A stretch of 64,000 nt of DNA, from contig CAWDVR010000002.1 of the NCBI GenBank assembly GCA_963805975.1, forward strand, positions 960,001 to 1,024,000, written 5' to 3'. The position numbers were made by a program, and so were the translations under genes. Within the stretch, counting starts at the first letter, position 1. Each line of letters opens with the position of its first letter. This DNA comes from an uncultured Acidobacteriota bacterium (lineage in GTDB: Bacteria > Acidobacteriota > Thermoanaerobaculia > Multivoradales > SZUA-115). The notes under the pieces were generated by a model, which searched no databases, was not told the DNA's origin, and saw nothing but the letters and a program-made list of their open reading frames with translations. Of this stretch, positions 44,285 to 53,095 are shown in pieces.

Positions 44285-46723
44285 ATGAACGCACTACCCC
44301 TCCTCCTTCGCCAGTCACTGCGCAGCTTTCTTCGCACCCCGGGTTTCTCGGCCGCGGTGGTCGGCACTCTGGCGCTGGGATTGGGGGTGAATGCGGCCCT
44401 CTTCGCCCTGGCTTACAGCCTGCTCCTCGCGCCGCTGCCCTACCGCGAGCCGGGGCGGCTGGTTGCCGTGTGGGAGACGGTGCAGCGCGAGACCTCCGAG
44501 CTGCGGGAGCTCTCCTACCCCAATTTCCGTGACCTGGAAGCCGCGGCCGAGAGCTTCGAGAGCCTCGCGGCCTGGACCGGCAACGGCTTCACCGTGACCG
44601 GCCCTGACCGCGCCCAGCACGTAGAGGGCGAGCTGGTGTCGAGCGCCTACTTCCACACGCTGGGGATCGAGCCGGTGGCCGGCCGCTCGTTCGTCCGCGA
44701 GCCGAGCACCGGGGCTCCGGCGGCGCCCGAGGTGGTGATCGGTCACGGGCTGTGGCGGCGCCTGTTCGGCGGCGACCCTCGGGCGGCCGGCCAGAGCCTG
44801 ACGGTCGACGGCCGGCCGATGACCATCGTCGGCGTGGCGCCGGCGGGCTTTACCGGCCTCTCCGAACGCGCCGAGCTCTGGATGCCGATCGCCGCTCTGA
44901 CGGAGAATTTCGTCAACTCGCGCGGCAGCCGCTGGCTGGCGGCGGTCGGGCGGCTCGCGGACGGCGTGCACCTCGAGGCCGCCCGGGGCGAGACCAAGCG
45001 CATCCTGGACCACCTGGCCGAGGCCAACCCCGACGACAGCCGGGCCTACAGCGGCACGATCGTGGCGCTGCGCGAGGATCTGGTGGGCGGCCTGCGCCGG
45101 CCGGTGCTGATTCTCGCCGCGGCCGTGGGGATGGTGCTGCTCATCGCCTGCGCGAACGTCGCCAACCTGCTGCTGATCCGCGCCACCGGGCGCCGCCGCG
45201 AGTCGGCGGTGCGTGCCGCCCTGGGAGCGAGCCGCCGCGATCGCCTGCGGGAGACCCTGGCCGAGTCGCTGGTGCCGGCGCTCGCCGCCGGCGCGCTGGG
45301 CCTGCTGCTCGCCGGCTGGTGCCTGTCCGCGTTCCGCACCCTGCGGCCGGTCACGCTGCCCCTCTTCGCGGCGCCGGAGCTGGGCTGGCCCACGCTCGCG
45401 TTCTCGTTCCTGCTGGCGGTGGCGACGGGCGTGGGCCTGGGGCTCCTGGCCGCGGCCGGTCGCGAGCGGGTGGCGCTCTCCGACGATCTGCGCGACGGCG
45501 GGCGGAGCGGCTCCGCCGGCAGGCGTGGCCGGCGCACCCGCCAGGCGCTGGTGGTCGTCGAGGTGGCCTGCGCGCTGGTGGTGTCGCTCGGTGCCGGCCT
45601 CCTCGCCAAGAGCCTGCAGCAGATGCGGGAGATCGATCCCGGCTTCGATCCGCGGGGCCTCCACGTGGTGCGCGTCGATCTGCCGGCCGGCGCCCAGCCG
45701 GGAGACCGCCGGGCGCTCGCCGAGTCCCTCCTCGAGCGGGTGGCGAGCCTGCCGGGCGTGTCGGCCGCGGCCCTGGGCAGCGATCTGCCGCTCGGCCGCT
45801 CGTCGAGCGCCACCCTGCTCGCGCCCGAGGGCTTCGTGCCGCGCTCCGACCAGCCCTATGACGGGCTGACCCGCGCCTACGTCCATCAGGTGAGCCCGGG
45901 CTTTCTGCCGGCGCTCGGCATCCGGCTCCTCGAGGGCCGCGGCTTCACGGACACGGATCTGGCCGATGGCCAACGGCCCCTGGTGGTGAGCCGCAAGCTC
46001 GCGGACCGGCTATGGCCGGGCGAGAGCGCGGTCGGCAAACGGCTGCGCCAGGGCCGGGACGGCGACACGCCGCCTTTCACCGTGGTCGGCGTGGTGGAGA
46101 ACGTGCGCTACCGGACCCTCGCTCCCGACCTGATCCGCCCCGAGGACCCGGACTTCTACCGGCCGCTCGACGCCGACCGGCGTGACGACCTCACCTTCGC
46201 CGTGCGCTCGACGCTGCCGGCCGAGACCCTGATGCCGGCCCTCTCCGCCGAGGTCGAGCGCATCTCCCGCGAGGTGCCGGTCTATGACGTGGCGACCATG
46301 GAGGCGCGCGTCGCCGATCAGCTCGCGACCGCCCGCCTGAACGCCTTCCTGCTCGGTCTCTTCGCCGGTCTGGCGCTGCTCCTGGCCGGGGTCGGCATCT
46401 TCAGCGTGCTGGCGCACCTGATCGGCCAGCGGACGCGCGAGATCGGCATCCGGCTGGCGCTCGGCGCCCAGCGGCGCCAGGTGGCACTGGCGGTCGCGGG
46501 GCAGGGCCTGGCCTGGGTGGGGGCCGGGCTGGTGGTCGGGTTCGCCCTGGCCCTGGCGCTCGGGCGCTTCCTCGCCTCGCAGCTCTACCAGGTCGAGACC
46601 ACCGACCCGCAGATCCTGGCAGGGGTGCTCGCCGTCTTCGCCGCCCTCGCGGTGGCGGCCTGCCTGCTCCCCGCCCGCCGCGCCCTCAGGGTCGACCCGG
46701 TGGTGTCGCTGCGCTCGGAGTAG
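44285..46723 (+). CDS. Duplicated MacB/FtsX ABC permease (ADOP type), no adjacent ATPase
   Basis: RTPGFS...TLALGLG, LLIACANVANLLL, RAALGA, DPGF, RTREIGIRLALGA, PARRALRVDP. Confidence 0.92.
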   Translation: MNALPLLLRQSLRSFLRTPGFSAAVVGTLALGLGVNAALFALAYSLLLAPLPYREPGRLVAVWETVQRETSELRELSYPNFRDLEAAAESFESLAAWTGNGFTVTGPDRAQHVEGELVSSAYFHTLGIEPVAGRSFVREPSTGAPAAPEVVIGHGLWRRLFGGDPRAAGQSLTVDGRPMTIVGVAPAGFTGLSERAELWMPIAALTENFVNSRGSRWLAAVGRLADGVHLEAARGETKRILDHLAEANPDDSRAYSGTIVALREDLVGGLRRPVLILAAAVGMVLLIACANVANLLLIRATGRRRESAVRAALGASRRDRLRETLAESLVPALAAGALGLLLAGWCLSAFRTLRPVTLPLFAAPELGWPTLAFSFLLAVATGVGLGLLAAAGRERVALSDDLRDGGRSGSAGRRGRRTRQALVVVEVACALVVSLGAGLLAKSLQQMREIDPGFDPRGLHVVRVDLPAGAQPGDRRALAESLLERVASLPGVSAAALGSDLPLGRSSSATLLAPEGFVPRSDQPYDGLTRAYVHQVSPGFLPALGIRLLEGRGFTDTDLADGQRPLVVSRKLADRLWPGESAVGKRLRQGRDGDTPPFTVVGVVENVRYRTLAPDLIRPEDPDFYRPLDADRRDDLTFAVRSTLPAETLMPALSAEVERISREVPVYDVATMEARVADQLATARLNAFLLGLFAGLALLLAGVGIFSVLAHLIGQRTREIGIRLALGAQRRQVALAVAGQGLAWVGAGLVVGFALALALGRFLASQLYQVETTDPQILAGVLAVFAALAVAACLLPARRALRVDPVVSLRSE

Positions 46724-46766
46724 GGGGATCCGGCGGGTCGGTGCCGCGCCTCGGCGTCGGAGCGGA

Positions 46767-47171
46767 TCAGTGATCGGAGGGAGGCTCGGGCTCGAGCCAC
46801 GGCCGCACGCGCACCTGGGCCTCGGCGATGAGGTCGTCCGCATGCTCCGGGTCGAGCTTGCGCAGCAAGCCCTGGTTCTCGACCGCCACCCAGGCCCGCA
46901 TCTCCAGGAACTCGTCCAGGAGGTAGCCGAGAGCGGTGACGTAGGTCTGGATCTCGGACAGCGACAGGTCGCGCTGGCCGCTCTCGATCTTCGAGATCGA
47001 GGCCGGCTCCTTGAGCCCCAGCCGCTTGGCGAGCTCTCTCTGCGTCAAACGAGGCTCGATCTTCTCGCGCAGCCGCCGGAGCGCCATGCCCTCGATCAGC
47101 CGCGAGCCCCGGTTGGCGACGAAGACCTTGCGGCGGCGTGGCGCCTCGGCACTCGGAGGCTTGGTCGGCAC
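46767..47171 (-). CDS. XRE-family HTH regulator
   Basis: LRRLRE...LTQRELAKRLG...SISKIESGQR; start uncertain. Confidence 0.8.
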   Translation of the reverse strand: MPTKPPSAEAPRRRKVFVANRGSRLIEGMALRRLREKIEPRLTQRELAKRLGLKEPASISKIESGQRDLSLSEIQTYVTALGYLLDEFLEMRAWVAVENQGLLRKLDPEHADDLIAEAQVRVRPWLEPEPPSDH

Positions 47172-47365
47172 GCCCGCAACCCTAGCGCAAGAGCATCCGA
47201 CGATCAACGATAAGTTCTTTGGAATCAGAACCTTAGACTGACACAGAGTTGATCCACGGAGATATTATTTTTCTCATTGAAACTTTTTGTGTCCTATGAG
47301 AGCAACCGCCGGCACGCATTCGAGAGACCTCCGGCACCACCCGCGGTTGATACTCTGCGCCCGAC

Positions 47366-47800
47366 ATGAAACGGCTTTCCCGCCTGCACGTGGGACTCTG
47401 GGCCCAGGGGGCTCTGCTCGTGGGCCTGGTAGTGGTGCTCGCCGTGCGCGCCTTCGGCCTGGCCCATCATCCTCTCCAACCCTCGGGGGAACGGGAAAAG
47501 CGGTATCTGGCCTGGGCCTGGCGAGAGCCGCAAGTGGGCCAGGTGCTGGCCGAGGTGGAGAGAGCGCTCACCCCTGGGGAACCGGTGATGCTCGCGCTCA
47601 CCGCTCAGGAGGCCGGCGACTCCAAGTGGTGGAGCTTCATGGCGAGCTACTACCTGACCCGCAACCCGGTGGTGGGCGTGATGGCGCGGCGCACTGCCAT
47701 CGCCTCGTCCCCTCCGGAAGCCGCCGTGGTGCTCATTTCTCCCAGGCCCGGCCGACAGATTCAAGTCCTCCGCCATGGACGGCGAGCCGAGTCTCCTTAG
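47366..47800 (+). CDS. Hypothetical membrane-anchored protein
   Basis: N-terminal TM; overlaps the next gene. Confidence 0.55.
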   Translation: MKRLSRLHVGLWAQGALLVGLVVVLAVRAFGLAHHPLQPSGEREKRYLAWAWREPQVGQVLAEVERALTPGEPVMLALTAQEAGDSKWWSFMASYYLTRNPVVGVMARRTAIASSPPEAAVVLISPRPGRQIQVLRHGRRAESP

Positions 47801-49190
47801 GCTCGCCCTGGGCGCGGCGTTCGTCCTCGCCGCGGGCGCGAGCATCGCTTTCGGTCTCGGTCTCGGTGCCCGGCGGAGGCTCCGCCGGCCGGCGTTTCTC
47901 GCCATCGCCTGGGTGCTCGGGCTGTCGATCCTCGTGCCGCTGCTCCTGCTGAGTGGGCTTGCCGGGCTCCCCGTCCGGGCCTGGGGCCTTGCGCTGCTGG
48001 CGGTGGGGGTCGCCGCGCTGGGTTGGTACTTCCGCTGGCGGAGGCCGGCCGCCCCGGAGTCGCCGGCGCCCGCGCCTTTCCCCACCGAGGCCGGCCCCCG
48101 CTGGCTCGCGCTCGCGAGCCGCGCGGTGCTCGTGGCAGCGGTCGCGGTCTTCGCGTGGAAGGTGGCGATCTGGCCGGTGTGGGGCTGGGACCATCACGCC
48201 ATGTGGGGCGTGAAGGCGCGACGGATGGTGGTCGACGGCCGGCTGGACCTCTCCTTTCTCGCGAGCGACGGGATGCGCGACGCGCGGCCGGACCGCCCCA
48301 TCGGCTTCTCCGCCATGCCGTTGCTCCTGACTCTGGGCGGTCTGCCGGATGACCGAACCTTCAAGCTCTTGCACTTGAGCCTGGGGCTCTCGCTCCTCGT
48401 TCTGCTGCGCGAGGGCTTGGCGCGGGTCGGGCTCCGAGGCTCGGCCGCCGATGCCCTCACCGCCTGGGCCGCGGCGCTGCCGCTCTTCTGGGATACCGAG
48501 GCCCTGGGCCAGGCGGAGATGCCGCTCGCGCTGTGGCTGGTGGCGGCGGCGGTGCTGCTCCTGCCCTCGCGCCGCGAGACCGGGGCGCCCCGTTTCGCCG
48601 GCTGGGCCGGTGGGATCGTGCTCGGCTTCCTGCCGTGGATCAAGCAGGAGGGATCGACGCTCGCGGCCGTGCTCGCCGTCGCTGCCATCGCCTGCCTGCC
48701 CCGCGAGGCCTGGGGCCGCGCGCTGCGCTCCATGCTGCCGCCGACATTGCTCTTGGGCGGCCTCAACCTCTGGTTCTACCAGACCCAGCTCGCGCCGGGC
48801 GTGGGCTTCACCTCCGGCGACCCGCTGGCACGGCTCGCGGAGCGGCTGCCCGCGGCGGCGAGCCTCGTCGCCTACATGGCCCGCTCGTTCCTGCTGCCCG
48901 ACGCGCTCGGCTTCTGGCTCGCCTTCGCTCTCGCCCTGGGAGTCGCCCTCTGGCAGCGACGTACGCTCGCGCTGGGGCTCGCCGGCGTGGTGACGGCACA
49001 GCTCCTGATCTACATGGCGGTCACCTTCATCGTCTTCCTGCCGCCGCGCGCGCACGTGGACGCCGCTTTCTCGCGCATCATCGCGGCGCTGATGCCGCTC
49101 GCCATGCTGGCGGTCGGAGCAGTGCTCGCGCCCAGGGAGAGCAGACGGCCGGTACGAGCCCGGCCGCTACGTCCTGAGGATGCGTTCTGA
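47775..49190 (+). CDS. Polytopic membrane protein, possible GT-C glycosyltransferase
   Basis: About 12 TM segments; WDHHAMWGVKA loop; AEMPLA; IKQEG. Confidence 0.6.
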   Translation: MDGEPSLLRLALGAAFVLAAGASIAFGLGLGARRRLRRPAFLAIAWVLGLSILVPLLLLSGLAGLPVRAWGLALLAVGVAALGWYFRWRRPAAPESPAPAPFPTEAGPRWLALASRAVLVAAVAVFAWKVAIWPVWGWDHHAMWGVKARRMVVDGRLDLSFLASDGMRDARPDRPIGFSAMPLLLTLGGLPDDRTFKLLHLSLGLSLLVLLREGLARVGLRGSAADALTAWAAALPLFWDTEALGQAEMPLALWLVAAAVLLLPSRRETGAPRFAGWAGGIVLGFLPWIKQEGSTLAAVLAVAAIACLPREAWGRALRSMLPPTLLLGGLNLWFYQTQLAPGVGFTSGDPLARLAERLPAAASLVAYMARSFLLPDALGFWLAFALALGVALWQRRTLALGLAGVVTAQLLIYMAVTFIVFLPPRAHVDAAFSRIIAALMPLAMLAVGAVLAPRESRRPVRARPLRPEDAF

Positions 49191-49224
49191 TTCCGAGCGT
49201 AGCGGCCGGACCTGTGCCGGCCGT
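49145..49224. repeat. Inverted pair of GTAG REPs (REPIN-like)
   Basis: ACGGCCGGTACGAGCCCGGCCGCTAC (49145-49170) and GTAGCGGCCGGACCTGTGCCGGCCGT (49199-49224); the second is the exact reverse complement of 53030-53055. Confidence 0.85.
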
Positions 49225-49254
49225 CCGTCTGACCCCGGGTGCTAGCATCCTCGC

Positions 49255-49941
49255 GTGAAGCTCTCCATCCTCGCTTTCGCGAGCGCCGCCGACGCCCTGG
49301 GGACCGATGCCCTGTCGATCGAGCTGCCTGCCGGCAGCTCGGTCGCCGACCTGCAGTCCGCTCTCGAATCGCGCCACCCGGCGCTCGCCGCGCTCTGGCC
49401 GCGGCTGGCGGTGGCGGTGGATGGCGAGGTCGTGGACCGGGACCACGGCCTTGCCGACGGCGCCGAGGTGGCGCTGCTGCCGCCGGTCTCGGGCGGCACG
49501 GGTGCACGCGTGAAGCTGGTGGAGGAACCGATCGACCTCGCCGGCGTCCTCGCTTCGGTGTCCGGCCCGGGCTGCGGCGCCGCCGTGCTCTTCGCCGGTA
49601 CCGTGCGCGATTCCACCGGCGGCCGGAGGGTCACCGGCCTCAGCTACAGCGCCTATCGCTCGATGGCCGTCGCGCGCCTGGCGGCGATCGTGGACGACCT
49701 CGAGCGCGAGCAGCCGGGCCTCGAGGCCGCCATCACCCACCGGCTGGGCGACCTCTCACCCGGCGAGGCGAGCGTCGCCATCGCCGTGGCCGCACCGCAC
49801 CGCGCGGCAGCCTACGAAGCGAGCCGCAAAGCGCTAGAGCGCCTCAAGGCCGAGGTGCCGATCTGGAAGCGCGAGCACTACGCGGATGGCGGGGTGGCAT
49901 GGCGAGAGGAAGAGCGCCTCACGGCCGCGGCTCGAGGCTGA
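49255..49941 (+). CDS. moaE: MoaD-MoaE fusion (molybdopterin synthase, MoaX-like)
   Basis: Ubiquitin-like N-terminus ending LLPPVSGG, then CGAAVLFAGTVRD, HRLGDL, HRAAA, PIWKRE. Confidence 0.92.
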   Translation: MKLSILAFASAADALGTDALSIELPAGSSVADLQSALESRHPALAALWPRLAVAVDGEVVDRDHGLADGAEVALLPPVSGGTGARVKLVEEPIDLAGVLASVSGPGCGAAVLFAGTVRDSTGGRRVTGLSYSAYRSMAVARLAAIVDDLEREQPGLEAAITHRLGDLSPGEASVAIAVAAPHRAAAYEASRKALERLKAEVPIWKREHYADGGVAWREEERLTAAARG

Positions 49942-51443
49942 GCGGGTCGCGCATCGGCAGGTGCCGGACGGCGCCGCCGAAGAAGTCCTTCATCGAGGCG
50001 CGGCGGGCGGGGTCGCCGTTCTCGATCTCGTGCCAGGGGCCCACCACCAGCATCACCGCGCGGTCCGGGTGCAGCACGCGTTCGGCGATCCGCCGCACGT
50101 CCTCCGGGGTCACCGCTTCGATCTTCGCGCGGTAGTCGCGCCAGAAGGTGTGCGGCCGGCCGAGGTACTCGTCCTCCGCGAAGTAGCCGGCGATCTCCTC
50201 GGCCGAGTCGAAGAGGTAGGGGAACGAGTCGACGATCGAGCGCTGGATCTGCCGCAGCTCCTCCGCCGCCGGCGGCCGGCTGCGCAGGCGCTCCACCTCC
50301 TCGAGCGCGAGCTTCGCGGCCAGCGCCACGGACTCGTTCTTCGATTCGAGGTGGATGCGGAACTCGCCGGGGAAGTAGTCGCCCACCCCGGCGCTGGCGC
50401 TGGCACGGTAGGCCAGGCCCTCGACGGTCCGCACCCGGCCGGTGATGCGCGACGACGGCCCGGACCCGCCGAGGAGCTCGCTCATCACCGTGGTGGCGAA
50501 GAAGTCCGGATCGTCCCAGCTCGTGCGCCGGAAGGTGAGGTGGCCGATCGCCACCTTGCCCTGCGGCAGCTCTCTCTCCAGGTGGTAGAGACCGGGCGTG
50601 ATGGTGTGGGTGGGCGCGGGTGGGGGCCAGGGCGCGGCCTCGCCCGTCTTCCAGCCGGCGAAGCGCCGCTCGAGGCCGGCGAGCAGGGCCTGGGTGTCCA
50701 CGTCGCCGGAGACCGCCAGCACCATGCCGGCCGGGTGCCAGTAGCGGCGGTGGAACTCCGTGAGCTGCTCGCGGCGGATGGCGACAGAGCGCCTCGGCGG
50801 TGAGCTGGCGCGAGAGGTAGTGGTCCGTGCCGTAGAGCAGGAAGCGCCACTCGCGGTTCAGCAGCGCGAGCGCGTCGTCGTTTCTCTGCTTGAAGCTCTC
50901 GCGGAGGTTGCCCTTGGCCACCTCGAGCCGCGCGGCGTCGAAGCGGGGCGTGCGCAGCATCTCGAAGTAGAGGTCCAGGGCCTCTTCGAGCACCCAGGCC
51001 GGGCAGCTCAGCGAAGCGCCGGCACGCAGGCCACCGGCCGAGGCCGAGAGCTGGGCGCCGAGGAAGTCCACGCGCTCGTCGAAGGCATCCGGCGCGAGCT
51101 TCTCCGTACCGCCGCGCAGCAGCATGGCCGCGGTCAGCCCGGCGATGCCGATCCTGTCGGCGGCATCGAGGTACTCGCCGGCGCGGAGCGCCACGGCCAC
51201 ATCGACCAGCGGCAACGCGTGGTCCTCGACCACGTAGACCACCACCCCGTTCGACAGCACGTGCCGGTAGGGTTCCGCCGCGGGGACCTCGAAGCGCTGG
51301 GGATCGAAGCGCAGCTCTCGCGGGTGCGCGGGAAGAGACTGGCTGGGCGGCGACTGGGCCGGCTTGGAGGCCGGGCCCGCGCCGAGCGACGCGAGCGCGA
51401 CGGCGGCGAGCAGGGCGGTGCCAGCCCACACACGGTGGCTCAC
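49919..51443 (-). CDS. M16 peptidase, non-catalytic-type subunit; +1 frameshift near 50786
   Basis: Signal peptide; LSNGVVVYVVEDHALPLV; SSRITGRVRTVEGLAY; no HxxEH; frame is restored at ALVAIRREQLTEFHRRYWHP. Confidence 0.85.
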
Positions 51444-53095
51444 GGGACCGCTCCCGCCGGCTTGCGGTCGTAGAGCCCCACGGTGCGCCGGTTGGCGACG
51501 AGGTAGCGCTCGACCGCACGCTGGACGTCTGCCGCGGACACCGCGAGGGCCCGCGCGGGGCCCTTCTCGACCGCCTGCCAGTCGCCGAAGCCGTCGGCCA
51601 TCAGGAGCTGCAGGAGGAGCGCCGAGGGCTCCTTCAAGCGCCGGTAGGCGTCGGCGGCGATCTGGTTCTTGACCTTGGCCAGCTCGGCCTCCGGCACCGG
51701 CTCGCGGCGCAGGCGCTCGAGCTCGCGGTCCCAGGCGGCGAGGAGGTCGGCGGGCCTGGCACCGCCCTTGGCCTCGGCCGCGAAGCTGAACGTGCCGGAC
51801 CAGCGCTGCGCCGCCTGCAGCACGAACGCCGAGGAGGCGATGCCCTGTTCCAGGACCAGGGCGCGGAAGAGCCGGCCGGTACGGCCGTTGAGCAGGCCGG
51901 CCAGCACCTCGAGCGCGGCCGTGTCGCGGTGCACGAAGGGCACGCTCTGGTAGAGCGCCTGCACCTGGGGCCGGCAATCGCAGGCCGCTTCCAGGCGTTG
52001 CTCGGCGAGCTGGAGCGGCGGCAGCGAGACCATCTCCGGTGGCGCCGGCCGCGCCGGCAGACGGCCGAAGTAGCGCTCGGCGAGCCGTTTCACCTCGGCG
52101 GCATCGAAGTTTCCCACCAGCACGGCCGTCAGGTTGCCGGGGCCGTAGTAGGAGGCGAAATGCTGCTCGGCATCCGCGCGCGAGAGCACCTTCAGGTCCC
52201 AGGGCCAGCCGAGCACCGGCCAGCCGTAGGGGTGGGAGCGCCAGAACAGGCTCTTCAACTGCTCGTCGAGGCGGCCCGTGGGGGTCGACTCGGTGCGCTG
52301 GCGACGCTCTTCCACCACCACCGCGCGCTCGGTGTAGAAGTCGCGGAACACGGGGCTCGCCAGGCGGTCGGACTCCATCCAGAACCACAGCTCGGCCTTC
52401 TCGGCCGGCAGGGTCAGGAAGTAGAGCGTCATGTCCTGGAGAGTGAGGGCGTTCAGGCCCTTGCCGCCGGCCTCGGTGTAGATGCGCCAGAGCTCGCCCG
52501 GCGAGGTCAGCGCCCGGTGCCGCTCGAGCTCGCGAGCGTAGCTCTGCTCGAGGCCCGCGAGGGCCTCGGTCGAGGCATCGCGGCCGTAGGGATCGGCGAG
52601 CTCTCCGCGGCGGGCCTTCTCCCGCAGCTTCGAGTACTCGCCGCGGATCGCCTCCTGCAAGCGCTCCTGCTCGTCGAGCGACAGGCGCTCCTTCTCGTGG
52701 TCGCGGGCACCGATCGTCTGCGTGCCCTTGAACAGCATGTGCTCGAGGAAGTGCGTCAGCCCGGTGATCCCCGGCCGCTCGTCGACCGAGCCCACGTGCG
52801 CCACCCAGCCGGCGGCCACGCTCGGCAGCTCCGGCCGCCGGACGAGGAGGAACCGCATGCCGTTGGCGAGCTGGAACTGCTCGACGGCGAGGGCCGGGGG
52901 GAGACTGGGGGGTTGGGCGGCGGCCGGGGTGCTCACGCCGAACGCAAGCGCGGCGGCGAGAAGGAACCACCCGAGCCCCTCACCCTGGCCCTCTCCCCGC
53001 GTGCGGGGAGAGGGGGCCGGACGGAGCCGACGGCCGGCACAGGTCCGGCCGCTACGTCCGTAGACGAGAGGGCCGGGGTGAGGGCACTTCTCCAC
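51440..53095 (-). CDS. M16 (pitrilysin-family) peptidase, catalytic-type subunit
   Basis: LANGMRFLLV, GSVDE, THFLEHMLFKGT, ESDR, EERRQR, HPYGWPVLG; start inferred at the TAGTG overlap with SD GGAGG. Confidence 0.85.
   Translation of the reverse strand: MEKCPHPGPLVYGRSGRTCAGRRLRPAPSPRTRGEGQGEGLGWFLLAAALAFGVSTPAAAQPPSLPPALAVEQFQLANGMRFLLVRRPELPSVAAGWVAHVGSVDERPGITGLTHFLEHMLFKGTQTIGARDHEKERLSLDEQERLQEAIRGEYSKLREKARRGELADPYGRDASTEALAGLEQSYARELERHRALTSPGELWRIYTEAGGKGLNALTLQDMTLYFLTLPAEKAELWFWMESDRLASPVFRDFYTERAVVVEERRQRTESTPTGRLDEQLKSLFWRSHPYGWPVLGWPWDLKVLSRADAEQHFASYYGPGNLTAVLVGNFDAAEVKRLAERYFGRLPARPAPPEMVSLPPLQLAEQRLEAACDCRPQVQALYQSVPFVHRDTAALEVLAGLLNGRTGRLFRALVLEQGIASSAFVLQAAQRWSGTFSFAAEAKGGARPADLLAAWDRELERLRREPVPEAELAKVKNQIAADAYRRLKEPSALLLQLLMADGFGDWQAVEKGPARALAVSAADVQRAVERYLVANRRTVGLYDRKPAGAVP
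52976..53085. repeat. Mosaic BoxC-like unit + GTAG REP + half BoxC unit inside the 5' end of the M16 gene
   Basis: CCCCTCACCCTGGCCCTCTCCCC...GGGGAGAGGGGG (52976-53016), REP 53030-53055, GAGAGGGCCGGGGTGAGGG (53066-53084). Confidence 0.85.

Noticed and set aside
50780-50790. Frameshift in the M16 subunit as pseudogenisation
   Set aside because: One-base insertion with both halves intact; same pattern as other likely sequencing errors
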